Below, piece by piece: positions 46,661 to 56,712 of a stretch of 64,000 bases of DNA. The DNA comes from a virus. Taxonomy: Duplodnaviria; Caudoviricetes. The stretch lies in the IMG/VR virus record IMGVR_UViG_3300024322_000001; one strand, given 5' to 3'. The notes below the pieces were generated by a model, which worked only from the letters and a program-made list of their open reading frames with translations, ran no database searches and was not told the origin of the DNA. The position numbers and the translations under genes are program-made. Positions within the stretch are counted from its first letter, which is position 1, and each line of letters begins with the position of its first letter.

Positions 46661-46734
46661 TGGAGAATATCGGAGTCGAACCGATGACCTCCTGCGTGCA
46701 AGGCAGGCGCTCTAGCCAGCTGAGCTAATCCCCC
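46661..46734 (-). tRNA. tRNA-Ala(UGC)
   Basis: GGGGGATTAGCTCAGCTGGCTAGAGCGCCTGCCTTGCACGCAGGAGGTCATCGGTTCGACTCCGATATTCTCCA: full cloverleaf with G3:U70; CCA is not encoded. Confidence 0.97.
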
Positions 46735-46740
46735 TACCTG

Positions 46741-46884
46741 TTAAATAGTTCGGTTTCTTCTTGCACCGTCCCAGTACACTTTTCTTGACTTGCCTAACAT
46801 AGCATATCTACTTACTCTCTGATTAACTTTTGCTCTTTCAGAGTTTAGTTGGGTGTTTCCATTGTTTGAATCTTGTGATTGCAT
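46741..46884 (-). CDS. small basic hypothetical protein (47 aa)
   Basis: Own translation MQSQDSNNGNTQLNSERAKVNQRVSRYAMLGKSRKVYWDGARRNRTI. Confidence 0.5.
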   Translation of the reverse strand: MQSQDSNNGNTQLNSERAKVNQRVSRYAMLGKSRKVYWDGARRNRTI

Positions 46885-46910
46885 TACTGACTTATTGGTT
46901 AAACATTAAT

Positions 46911-47699
46911 TTATACATAGTCAGCAAGTACTTTTTCAACATGAGTTTTTGCTACTTCGTAATCAACCACTCCAGTTTCATCCTCATACTGTACAGGATC
47001 TTTTCTCCCCAAAGCAATAAAAGCCTCAATCCTCTCAACACTAGAAGCAGACTTATAATCGGAATTTCCACTAGGATAGGGTTTGTACGATGTATTAGTT
47101 CTCTTATAAACTTCATCAAAATCAATACCTAAAATTTCACATAATTTTTCTCCATCTTGTAGAATACCAAATTTATCAGTATCTAAATAAGGTGTAAAGT
47201 AACCTACTCTATCTGCATCCCAGTTTCCAATTCTAAAAGCTGCATCATCTGCATCTCTAAATTCTTGTCTACAATCAGGATAAACTGCATGATCACCAGC
47301 ATGAATACCTAAAGCAATATCACAAACGTCTTCTGTTCTATTTGCTACAGATAATGCAACTGCTTGAGTAATTGAAGCAAACATTTTGTTTCTATTAGGA
47401 ACAACTGTTTCTTTCATATTATCTTGCTCATAATGTCCTTCTGGTACATCATCCCCACCTGTAACTAAAGCTGAGTCTAATAAATCTACTAGACCATCAA
47501 GTTTAATTTGACGATAATTTATTTTGTGTCCTTTACTTGCAAGGTAATCAATTAATGATTGAGCTCTCTCTAGCTCTACTCTGTGTTTTTGACCGTAATC
47601 AAATGAGATACCAGTTACGGTATCATACTTCTCGATAGCTCTTAACAATAGGGTGCTACTATCCATTCCACCACTTAAACTTACTACACAATGTGCCAT
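46911..47699 (-). CDS. queC: 7-cyano-7-deazaguanine synthase
   Basis: SLSGGMDS, FDYGQKH, VVPNRN and YPDCR motifs. Confidence 0.95.
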   Translation of the reverse strand: MAHCVVSLSGGMDSSTLLLRAIEKYDTVTGISFDYGQKHRVELERAQSLIDYLASKGHKINYRQIKLDGLVDLLDSALVTGGDDVPEGHYEQDNMKETVVPNRNKMFASITQAVALSVANRTEDVCDIALGIHAGDHAVYPDCRQEFRDADDAAFRIGNWDADRVGYFTPYLDTDKFGILQDGEKLCEILGIDFDEVYKRTNTSYKPYPSGNSDYKSASSVERIEAFIALGRKDPVQYEDETGVVDYEVAKTHVEKVLADYV

Positions 47700-47752
47700 A
47701 ATTTACTTATTTAATTTTTGCCAGGTATTTTGCGTATAGGCTAACGCTTTTA

Positions 47753-48049
47753 TTATTCCATTATTGAAGTTATCTTTGTCTGAATAGTTTTAAACTCCTC
47801 AACATATTCTTTAATAGAGTTATATTCCTTACTTTTGTTTAGCAGTTCTTCTGCTGCTTTTTTTAGAGCATTAGTAAAATTAGACGGGTAACAAATAGTT
47901 TTAATATACTCTGTGTCGTTATCCCCTTTAATTACTCTTTCAAATAAGGTGTATCCGCCTGTGTTAGAACGTGAAATAAAAAAAGGTTCTAGTGCTGGAT
48001 CGGTAATGACCGTATCCGAGCTTGGAATTGAATCTGGTTTTCTTAACAT
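47753..48049 (-). CDS. hypothetical phage protein
   Basis: 98-aa ORF within the operon. Confidence 0.65.
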   Translation of the reverse strand: MLRKPDSIPSSDTVITDPALEPFFISRSNTGGYTLFERVIKGDNDTEYIKTICYPSNFTNALKKAAEELLNKSKEYNSIKEYVEEFKTIQTKITSIME

Positions 48050-48053
48050 AACT

Positions 48054-48311
48054 TTAATTTAGTATTAATTCTTTTAATTTATCTTCTTTTACTAGTCCAA
48101 CTTCTTTGAGTACATTATCACCTTTTACTACAACGGTAGTAGGTATTGACTGTATTCTGTATTTAGCTGCTAGTCCTTGGGTATCGTTGTCAATATTTAC
48201 TTCTATAAATTCAACTTCCTTACTTAATTCTTCAGATACCTTATCCCAGGTTTTACCGTATATTTTGCATGGACCGCACCAGGTAGCGTAAAACTTAATA
48301 GCTTTTGTCAT
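48054..48311 (-). CDS. trxA: thioredoxin
   Basis: WCGPC and IQSIPT motifs. Confidence 0.92.
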   Translation of the reverse strand: MTKAIKFYATWCGPCKIYGKTWDKVSEELSKEVEFIEVNIDNDTQGLAAKYRIQSIPTTVVVKGDNVLKEVGLVKEDKLKELILN

Positions 48312-48442
48312 CTTACTCCTTTAGATTTATAGTGTTTAGCTTTAGAAAATTTGGTTTGTTTCTTACTGTTAGATTTTTGATTCAACGTACCTAACCATTC
48401 CATAATTTGAATATAACGTTGCTTATTAGATGTTTTGGACAT
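48308..48442 (-). CDS. small basic hypothetical protein (44 aa)
   Basis: Own translation MSKTSNKQRYIQIMEWLGTL...; promoter motif at 48458-48489. Confidence 0.5.
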   Translation of the reverse strand: MSKTSNKQRYIQIMEWLGTLNQKSNSKKQTKFSKAKHYKSKGVR

Positions 48443-48506
48443 ATCTTATTCTTTATTATAATATACGAATAATAAATGTTATTTCCAACTATACACTAAT
48501 TTTTTT

Positions 48507-51500
48507 CTAAGTAGGATCAAAGAATTGTCCTCCTTGTCCGCTTCCGCTTGGATGGTAGAAACCAACTACAGGCTTAACCCATGCTATTGTATCGCTATGA
48601 TGAGCTACAATTTCTCCTCCTACTTCACTTACAGTCCATACTCCTGGATTATTTACAGGGTCAAATTCTAGTCCGTTATACTCTCCTGCAAAACTATAGT
48701 ATATTTGCCATCCATCCGATGGATCCACAGTGTGAGGTGGAGTACCAGTAGATTCGTTCCAAATTGCAACTCCAAATATCATGTCTAAACTAGAGGTTGT
48801 TTCTACAACATAGGATAGAGTAACTGCCAAGTATTCAACTTCATTTGCATCAAAACTATATACACTCGGTGGGTTACTATCTATATCGGTACCGTAATTA
48901 ACTTCGTATGCTAGATCTACTGTGCTTGCTCCTCCTGCTAAATTACCATTAGAACCAATAAGTTTAGAACCTGATAAGCATTGCCAGTTATAGTATCCGT
49001 CAAAATATCCAGAATCCTCATTTTTAATATTATCTGTACCCTGTTGTCTGTTTACCTGTATTGGATCTACTGACCAATTTTCATTTGCACCACTATCTGG
49101 CTCATAAAGACCTGTTCCTGATATTGAATCTTTTGAGACTGAATCATTTGAATCACTTGATATTGCTGCCATATCGAAGTCTAATCTCAAATTATAAAGA
49201 CTATAAGAAAAATCTCTTGTTGCAGGTACTACGTTTACTGTTCTTACAACTTCGGTTGCTGCATTACCTTCTGAGTCAGATACGTTATATTTGACTGTGT
49301 AGGTTCCTGTAGTGGCTGTGTTAACACTGGTCGTTGTAGTTATATTTCCGGTAATATCACCATCGTAGTTATCACTTGCTGTGGCACCTGCATCTGAATA
49401 TGTAGTCCCTTGTGCTACATCTATAGGTGAATTACCTAACATAGTAATAACAGGGGCAGTCGTATCTATAATATACACGTTAGTAGTTTTCTCTACTGCT
49501 GAATTTCCTGATGAGTCGTCAACATTATACCTAACCGTATAGGTACCGATCACTGCTGTATTCACTGGGTTAGTGAGTACTATGTCTGCTGTTATATCGC
49601 CTTCTTCTGTATCTGATGCTGAAACACCTGCTAATGCTTCTACTCTACCAAATGTACCTCCAACTTCTACTGTATAGTCTACTTTATTTCCACTTATGAT
49701 TGGGATGTTATTAGCAACTACGTTTACTGTTCTTGTTACTTCTGTAGCTGAATTACCAGATGCATCATCAACATTATACCTTACTGTGTAAGTACCTAAA
49801 TTAGATGTATTTACTGGATTTGTTGTTATTATATCTGAAGTGATATTTCCTTCATATGCATCTTGTGCTGTTGCACCTGCATCAGTGTAGGTCTGTCCTT
49901 GGTATACTTGAATAGATGAAGTACCTTGTAAAGTTATCACCGGTGGTGATGTATCAACTACGTTTACTGTTCGGGTTGCTTGTGCTGTATTGCCTGCAGA
50001 ATCACTTACATCGTAGACAACTGTGTATGAACCTGATACTTGATCATTAACATTATTTGTAACAGCTATAGAAGTAGTAAGATTCCCATCAACTGTATCA
50101 CTTGCTGTTGCACCTGCATCGGTGTAGGTATATTTAACTTCATGTGTATGTGGATTATTGCCTGTTATCGTAATAGTAGGTGCATCTGCATCTACATTTG
50201 TTATATAAACAGTAGCATTACCGTAGGGCGAACTCCCTTGGAAAAAGTAAGTATTACCAGAGCTATCGTAAGGGCTTGAAAAGGCAGACCCAGTAAATAC
50301 TCCGTACATGTCCCATCCTCCTGCTAAGTTTACTCTAATACTTTCAGTAGGTTCAGCTAATGCATCTGTAAGTATTGAAGCTGATACTGAACCTGTATTG
50401 TTATACATTGTAAATCTATCACTGGACATAGTAAAGTCTGTATTCAAAGAAGCAGTAGTTCCAATAGTGTTGATATCGTACATAACTTCTGTTCCATCTG
50501 CTACATTTTGACTTAATAATGTCCATGTAACAGTGCCTCCTTCATTCACAGTCGTCTTATCAGGTGTTAATGATAGGTATGATCTAGAAGTATCTTCAAT
50601 TCTTAAATTTTTAATGATTGAACCGAATGGGTTCTTAGAAACACTAGTTGCAAGTAGATTACCTGCACTGTCATAGTACGGAAATGCAGTTTGAACTGTT
50701 TCTCCATAATCTGTAAGTTGTAAGTAAACCTGTTCTAGTATTGTTTCGCCTTTTTGGTCTTCGATAGCTGTCACAGTAATTGAACCAGTGTTGTTCATCA
50801 TTACAAACTCTGTATTCGATAGTGTATAATCCTCGTTTATTATTGCATCTTGGTTTGATGACGTATAAAACGATACTTTAGTACCGTCATCTATGTATTC
50901 AGAATATAGTACAAAAGAACCAGTAGCAAATTGACCGGATTCTACTATCGAACCTGAGTAAACAACTTGCGGTGGAAAAAACCCAATTGCTTCAAATTTA
51001 ATATATGAACCAGAATTAGGGTAAGTAACTTCTACATCAACAACTCCTGTACCTACATTGCCGTATTGGTCTGTAAAAGTAATATCCGAAGTATATGTAT
51101 TACCAGAACCGGATGTAGTAGTTGACATGTCTAGTCCTAAAGTTAAATTACCTGAATTGTCTACAACTACTGCTGGATTAGAAGATGTATAGGATTGTAC
51201 AGCCTGACCTCCTATGTTAGGAGAATAAATTACATCTAATGAAGCTGATACTCCTGATCCGAATCCTTTTGTTGCTTCGTATCCTAGGCCTGTTAGTCCT
51301 GTTTCGACTACAAAGACACTATTATTTCTTAGTATACCTGTAGAGGAACCTTGCAAACTAAATGAATGGTCTGCTGTTCCAAAAGCATGATTATCTGCAA
51401 TACTTGCAGTAAACTCATAATCTAATGATGTAAGATTTTGATTAGCTTGAATATAGTAGACTCCTCCGTCTCTTACTGCATTTAATTCTCCTGATGGATC

Positions 51501-53852
51501 GATAAATGTAAAAGAATCGTAATTTATTGGGTCTCCTTCTGTATCACTTATAGAAGCAGTTACTAATGTTGCACCAGAAACAGCTAAGTTACTAAATAGG
51601 TTTACTGTATGGTTGTTATAGGTGATAGTAGGTGGATAATTTTGTGCAAATCCTACATTTATAGTATGTGTTTCTTCATTTTTACTAAACCCATGTTCAT
51701 CTTCAATTCCTATATCAAAAGAATAAGCACTAGCTGATAGAGGGTTTAGTGCGTAAATATAGTAAACATCTCCCGCTTTTACATAATCTAATTGCCCTGA
51801 TGTATCGGTAAATGTAAATGAACCGTGATCTATACTATCTCCTTCTATATCGTTAAATGAAGCTGTAACTAATCTAGCATTTGCTATTGCATAATTCGTA
51901 TCAAAAGATGAAACGTGATTATCAAATATTATATCCGGTGCAGTATTTTCTGTAATCTGCAATGTAAAGTCTAAAGAAGAAGTATTCCCGAACGTATTTG
52001 TTGCAACTACCTTACTAGCTATAGTCTGTGGGTGAGAAAAGCTTGATCCTGAGATATCAGATCCAAGTGTTACATACCCTGAAGAGTCTATTTCTAATTT
52101 AGAAGTCGGTGTAACTGACCATGTAGTAGGTGTTTGATCTGATTCGAATTTTACTCTAGTACCTGAATATCCGTTAGAACTTAGGTATATTGAATCGTTT
52201 TCTACTGCTGATTCAATTACATATGCGAAAGAAGATGTACCCAAACCTGTAATTGTAGCGGGGCTTGTATCTGCTGTTACGTTAATTACTATATTTATAA
52301 CGTGTGTTCGTCCTATCGAACTAGTTCCCGTAACTGTGGCATAAAATTTGTCTCCTGCCACAAATGATCCGTCAATGTCTTGGTTTACTGTTAGGGTTCC
52401 TGAAGAGTCTATTGAAAGAGCGTTGTATGGAGTTGAAGTAACAGACCATGTAACTGGTAAGTTAGCAGTGAATGTTGCTAAGGAACCTGTTACCCCGCTA
52501 GGATCATCATAAACTGAATCTCCTAAGAGTGCTGTTTCAACTACATATACATTATTATCTCCATCTCCTGATACGTATACAGTTTGTCCGTCTTGTACTA
52601 CCGGAATAGTGATTAACGCAGTTGATGTACCCTCGTTATAATCATCATCAGCTGTTACCTGATAAGTATATGAATCTATTATTCTATGATTGAGGTAAGA
52701 TCCAGATTTTTTAGTAATCTGTCCTGTAGAAGATATATTAAATGCATCCGCTGTTGGATCGTTAAACCCTGTTCCTGCAAAAGATCCTGTTGATAAGCTT
52801 TTGCCGCTATAGCTAATAGAGTGTAGTGAAATATTAATAAACGAAATTGCATCAGAGTCTGGGTCTGAGCTTATAATTTGTCCTACTATTGCTCCGTCAG
52901 CACTATTTTCACCAAAATTAGACATTGCTTGGTCGAGTACTGTTGGTTGTAAATTATCTATTACATCTATTCTTACTGGAAGTAGTGTTGTATCGGTTCC
53001 GTCACTAACACTAATAGACATACTATATGCTGTTTTGCTTTCGTAATCTAGTGAGGAAGTAACTTGCTGGAAAGTTATATGGTCAGAATTTTCAGTAAAA
53101 GAAAAGTGATTATCTGGGTCAGGGTTTAGAGATACTGTTAGGTCGTCACCATCTAGATCTGAGAAGTAGAATTTAGCTATTTCTTCCGGACCTCTATTTT
53201 CATTTCTGGCTCTAGTAAATTGAATTACAGTAGAACCGTCAGGTGCTCCTAACTTAAAAAGAGGTTCATTATTAACATACTTAACGAACCAATTAGTTGA
53301 ATATGCCGTTGTACCGTCTATACTTCCAGATGCTACGGTTACTGTAGTATTCGTGGATAGTGCTGGGCCTGTTCTGTTAACATTATCGAACCAGCCTTCA
53401 AACACATAAGGAGGTGTAGGTGTAGCAGTTAATGTAAAAGTATTGTTTATTGCATGGTTATTTGTAAAGTTACTTGAAGTAATGTCATTATCACTTGTAA
53501 CACTTCCTGAAAATTGTCCGTCATAATCTACTTTTCCAAACCTACCAGGCTGTATAGAGTATAAAATATCATTATCTGTAAATTCTCCTGAAATACTCCC
53601 AGAACCAATATTAGTACATACCTTACATTCTGCACCTTCGCAGTCATCTTCGGGTAAATTTACTACTATAAACTGATCTACTGAATCTTGAACTTGAAAT
53701 TCGATTCCTTGGGCCAGATCGGCGCCAGTAAAAATTCCACTTGACGATACCGGTGTTGTTAACAGGTTGCCGTCAACTTTAGTAGTATGGTATATTTTAC
53801 ATATACGAATATCCGAAGATATCGACCGATTTTTTATTCTAACTGTCTTCAT
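48507..53852 (-). CDS. large Ig-like/cadherin-repeat protein (putative virion adhesin or fibre)
   Basis: Cadherin-like LDYE and DPDSD motifs, Calx-beta-like segments, four DUF5011-like YTDAGATA.D..DG...Y.V.Y.VSD..GN.A....R.VNV repeats; no signal peptide; TATTTAT upstream. Confidence 0.75.
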   Translation of the reverse strand: MKTVRIKNRSISSDIRICKIYHTTKVDGNLLTTPVSSSGIFTGADLAQGIEFQVQDSVDQFIVVNLPEDDCEGAECKVCTNIGSGSISGEFTDNDILYSIQPGRFGKVDYDGQFSGSVTSDNDITSSNFTNNHAINNTFTLTATPTPPYVFEGWFDNVNRTGPALSTNTTVTVASGSIDGTTAYSTNWFVKYVNNEPLFKLGAPDGSTVIQFTRARNENRGPEEIAKFYFSDLDGDDLTVSLNPDPDNHFSFTENSDHITFQQVTSSLDYESKTAYSMSISVSDGTDTTLLPVRIDVIDNLQPTVLDQAMSNFGENSADGAIVGQIISSDPDSDAISFINISLHSISYSGKSLSTGSFAGTGFNDPTADAFNISSTGQITKKSGSYLNHRIIDSYTYQVTADDDYNEGTSTALITIPVVQDGQTVYVSGDGDNNVYVVETALLGDSVYDDPSGVTGSLATFTANLPVTWSVTSTPYNALSIDSSGTLTVNQDIDGSFVAGDKFYATVTGTSSIGRTHVINIVINVTADTSPATITGLGTSSFAYVIESAVENDSIYLSSNGYSGTRVKFESDQTPTTWSVTPTSKLEIDSSGYVTLGSDISGSSFSHPQTIASKVVATNTFGNTSSLDFTLQITENTAPDIIFDNHVSSFDTNYAIANARLVTASFNDIEGDSIDHGSFTFTDTSGQLDYVKAGDVYYIYALNPLSASAYSFDIGIEDEHGFSKNEETHTINVGFAQNYPPTITYNNHTVNLFSNLAVSGATLVTASISDTEGDPINYDSFTFIDPSGELNAVRDGGVYYIQANQNLTSLDYEFTASIADNHAFGTADHSFSLQGSSTGILRNNSVFVVETGLTGLGYEATKGFGSGVSASLDVIYSPNIGGQAVQSYTSSNPAVVVDNSGNLTLGLDMSTTTSGSGNTYTSDITFTDQYGNVGTGVVDVEVTYPNSGSYIKFEAIGFFPPQVVYSGSIVESGQFATGSFVLYSEYIDDGTKVSFYTSSNQDAIINEDYTLSNTEFVMMNNTGSITVTAIEDQKGETILEQVYLQLTDYGETVQTAFPYYDSAGNLLATSVSKNPFGSIIKNLRIEDTSRSYLSLTPDKTTVNEGGTVTWTLLSQNVADGTEVMYDINTIGTTASLNTDFTMSSDRFTMYNNTGSVSASILTDALAEPTESIRVNLAGGWDMYGVFTGSAFSSPYDSSGNTYFFQGSSPYGNATVYITNVDADAPTITITGNNPHTHEVKYTYTDAGATASDTVDGNLTTSIAVTNNVNDQVSGSYTVVYDVSDSAGNTAQATRTVNVVDTSPPVITLQGTSSIQVYQGQTYTDAGATAQDAYEGNITSDIITTNPVNTSNLGTYTVRYNVDDASGNSATEVTRTVNVVANNIPIISGNKVDYTVEVGGTFGRVEALAGVSASDTEEGDITADIVLTNPVNTAVIGTYTVRYNVDDSSGNSAVEKTTNVYIIDTTAPVITMLGNSPIDVAQGTTYSDAGATASDNYDGDITGNITTTTSVNTATTGTYTVKYNVSDSEGNAATEVVRTVNVVPATRDFSYSLYNLRLDFDMAAISSDSNDSVSKDSISGTGLYEPDSGANENWSVDPIQVNRQQGTDNIKNEDSGYFDGYYNWQCLSGSKLIGSNGNLAGGASTVDLAYEVNYGTDIDSNPPSVYSFDANEVEYLAVTLSYVVETTSSLDMIFGVAIWNESTGTPPHTVDPSDGWQIYYSFAGEYNGLEFDPVNNPGVWTVSEVGGEIVAHHSDTIAWVKPVVGFYHPSGSGQGGQFFDPT

Positions 53853-53896
53853 TTAATATAAATAGTTATCTATAACTTTTAACGTTCTACCGGTGT

Positions 53897-55609
53897 TTAG
53901 CCATCACAGGATAAGCAATCCTCAGATGTCCTAGAACCTATATCTCCATTAATTACCGAATCGGTTCGCAAGTAATAGAGTGTTTTTACACCGAATCTCC
54001 ATGCTGCTTGGTGTACTTCATTAATAAACTTTGGGCTATCTGTTGGATCAAATGCTAAATTTAATGACTGTGTTTGGTCAATGTATTTCTGCCTTGCTCC
54101 TGCTTGTTCAACTAAAGCCAATTGATTTATTTCTGCAAATGTAAGGAATATAGGTTTATCTTCTGCAGGCATTATGTCTTCGGGTAAATTTGCTATAGAA
54201 CCTCTATCTCTCATAATCTGGTCCCATACTTCATCAGTATTTGATCCTGTTTCGTCTAAATAACTCTCTAACGCAGGGTTTTTTCTTATAAAAGTTCCTT
54301 TTGCAGAGTTAAATGTATATATGTTAGCCGGTACTGGTTCGATTCCTGCGGATACCCCTCCTGATATCGTACTATTGGATACTGTTGGGGCGATAGCAAG
54401 TAAATGACTGTTTCTCATGCCTGTTCCTTTACACCATAGCGGCTCACCGTATTCATCTGCTAATTTACGTGATGCATTTTCTGCTTTTTGTTTTATATCG
54501 GAGAATATCTGGTGAGTAAATGAGGTTGCAGCAATAGAATTAAAAGGAACTCTTTCGTTCTGTAAAAATGTATGCCATCCTAGTACTCCTAACCCGATTG
54601 CTCTTCCTTTTTTTGCTGATCTATGAGATCTGATTAAAGAATCCCTTCCAGATGTTTTTGCTAAAAACTCTTCTAGTACTCCGTCCAGAAAATAAATGGC
54701 TGTTTCTACTAAATCTGTATTTTTCCATTCATGCCATTTAGTTAAGTTTACAGAAGATAGACAACATATGAAAGAATGTTCTTCATCTGTGTGAAGCGTA
54801 ATTTCTGAGCATATATTAGTCATCGTAACGTCTAAGTTATTCTTTTTATATGCAGGAGGATTAGCATTATTGACAGTATCCTTGAACATAAGGTATGGTT
54901 CTCCTGTTTCAACTCTAGATTTAAGTATTTTCACCCATAGTTCCATAGCCTCAGGGTCTCTATGCTCTAATTTTTGCATAAAGGCATCATCCACTACAAC
55001 ACATTGATGTAAGTTAAGACACTGTCTATTAGGATCTCCTTTAGGTCTTCTTATCTCTAAATATTCCGAAATATCTGGATGATTTATATCTAAATTAACA
55101 GAAGCTGCTCCTCTCCTCACAGCTCCTTGGTTAGTAGCTATAATAGTAGAATCATAAATCTTAGCCCAAGGAACAATACCCTCTGACTGACCTACTTCAT
55201 TACCGATTTTTTCTCCTCTACCTCTAACCTTAGATAGACCAATACCTACACCACCGCCTAAGGATGTCAATCTCATTAATTCAGCATTAGTTAATCCAAT
55301 ACCGCGTATCGAGTCGGGTGTATCGATACCAAAACATGAAATTGGCAATCCTTTGTCAGTGCCGGTATTTGAAAGTACCGGTGAGGCTAAGTTCAACCAT
55401 CCTTTCCACATATACCTAAAGAATTTATTCTCTAGATCTGGACGGTCTAATCTTTTTGCTATAGTAGAAGCTACTCTTCTATATGCAGATTTTACGTTTT
55501 CTCCTTGTCCTAAGTATCCTTTAGATATTGTTGCTATTGATACTTCATTCATCCATTCTGGGTAATCTTTTCCGGCTACCCATTCAGTTGTGTCCACTAT
55601 TAAACTCAT
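53897..55609 (-). CDS. nrdA: class I ribonucleotide reductase alpha subunit (no ATP cone)
   Basis: ISCF, NQGAVRRGA, TNICSEI, APTVSNS, KTLYY and C-terminal CLSCDG motifs. Confidence 0.95.
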   Translation of the reverse strand: MSLIVDTTEWVAGKDYPEWMNEVSIATISKGYLGQGENVKSAYRRVASTIAKRLDRPDLENKFFRYMWKGWLNLASPVLSNTGTDKGLPISCFGIDTPDSIRGIGLTNAELMRLTSLGGGVGIGLSKVRGRGEKIGNEVGQSEGIVPWAKIYDSTIIATNQGAVRRGAASVNLDINHPDISEYLEIRRPKGDPNRQCLNLHQCVVVDDAFMQKLEHRDPEAMELWVKILKSRVETGEPYLMFKDTVNNANPPAYKKNNLDVTMTNICSEITLHTDEEHSFICCLSSVNLTKWHEWKNTDLVETAIYFLDGVLEEFLAKTSGRDSLIRSHRSAKKGRAIGLGVLGWHTFLQNERVPFNSIAATSFTHQIFSDIKQKAENASRKLADEYGEPLWCKGTGMRNSHLLAIAPTVSNSTISGGVSAGIEPVPANIYTFNSAKGTFIRKNPALESYLDETGSNTDEVWDQIMRDRGSIANLPEDIMPAEDKPIFLTFAEINQLALVEQAGARQKYIDQTQSLNLAFDPTDSPKFINEVHQAAWRFGVKTLYYLRTDSVINGDIGSRTSEDCLSCDG

Positions 55610-55620
55610 ATACCTTTATT

Positions 55621-56598
55621 TTAAAATGCTGTTGACCAATCTAAGTGCCCTTTAGCATAATTCGTAACTCTATTAGCGAAAAAGTCTGTTTGCTGTTTTC
55701 CTGCAATTACAGCGTCAAACCATTTCATTGTCTTTAATGCGCCTTTATCGATATCTTCTGCAGGGATTATAGGCTTTAATCCTAAATCGGCCATTTTTGT
55801 GTTTACTCTATGCTTAATGAAGTTTTTTAATTCTTCCTTACTTAAGTTATCTAGATCTCCCATTTCAAAAATCTTATCTATAAAATCAAACTCTAATTTT
55901 ACAGCACCATATGCAGCTTCTTCAATATCTTTTATAAGCTCCGGTGTCTTAAATTCTGGATGTTCTTTCATAAGAGTTCTAAATAACCAGCATCCTGCTT
56001 CTGAATGCAGTGATTCATCTCTTACAGACCATTCTACTATCTGTCCTACACCTTTAAGAAGGTTTCTCATTTTAAAAGACAGTAACACAGCAAAGGAACT
56101 AAACAAGTTAACTCCTTCTGTGAAAGCAGAAAATATAGCGAGAGAGACAGCTCTTTGATGCCAGTTAGGGGTACCGTCGTGATTGTCTCTAACTTCCATT
56201 AACGATTCTATCTTAGCCATCGTAGCTTCATCTTCTAAAAATTCAGCAAAGTTATCTAATCCTAATTGTTCGTTAAGAAGTGAATAAGCTTCAGCATGAA
56301 TAGTTTCTGAAGAGCCTAGTGTAGTACCCATCATAATAACTTCTGGTTTTCTAAACCATTTAGTAACTAATGTTGACCAGTAGTCGTTTACGATCGTTTC
56401 TGTCTGTGCAAATCCTTTTAGAATTCCTCCTACTACATTTTTTTCATGTGGCTTAAGGTTACTAGCCCAATCTGTAACGTCTTGTGCCATTGGTACTTCA
56501 GTATGTAACCAATGTGCTTGTTGTTGCTTTAACCAAAAATCATATGCTTTTGGATATTCAAATGGCTTGTAAACGATGCGTTCTTTTAAAAGGCTCAT
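55621..56598 (-). CDS. nrdB: class I ribonucleotide reductase beta subunit
   Basis: ETIHAEAY, EGVNLFSSF, RDESLH and DFF.NRVTNY motifs. Confidence 0.95.
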   Translation of the reverse strand: MSLLKERIVYKPFEYPKAYDFWLKQQQAHWLHTEVPMAQDVTDWASNLKPHEKNVVGGILKGFAQTETIVNDYWSTLVTKWFRKPEVIMMGTTLGSSETIHAEAYSLLNEQLGLDNFAEFLEDEATMAKIESLMEVRDNHDGTPNWHQRAVSLAIFSAFTEGVNLFSSFAVLLSFKMRNLLKGVGQIVEWSVRDESLHSEAGCWLFRTLMKEHPEFKTPELIKDIEEAAYGAVKLEFDFIDKIFEMGDLDNLSKEELKNFIKHRVNTKMADLGLKPIIPAEDIDKGALKTMKWFDAVIAGKQQTDFFANRVTNYAKGHLDWSTAF

Positions 56599-56630
56599 AT
56601 ATCTTTATATATTTTTTTATTAATTAGACA

Positions 56631-56669
56631 GAAAAGTCCTCGAGATTTACTATCTAGTTCCTCGAGGAC
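56631..56669 (-). terminator. hairpin/terminator between the helicase gene and nrdB
   Basis: GTCCTCGAG-N16-CTCGAGGAC followed by UUUUC. Confidence 0.55.
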
Positions 56670-56712
56670 GCTTAGATAAATAGCATATATATTTTGGTTT
56701 TTACCAAACTAT

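Noticed and set aside
35494-47699. que genes serving tRNA queuosine synthesis
   Set aside because: No queA/queG in the window, the only tRNA is Ala(UGC) rather than a GUN tRNA, and the TGT-like protein is short, lacks the zinc-site motif and is paired with a formyltransferase.
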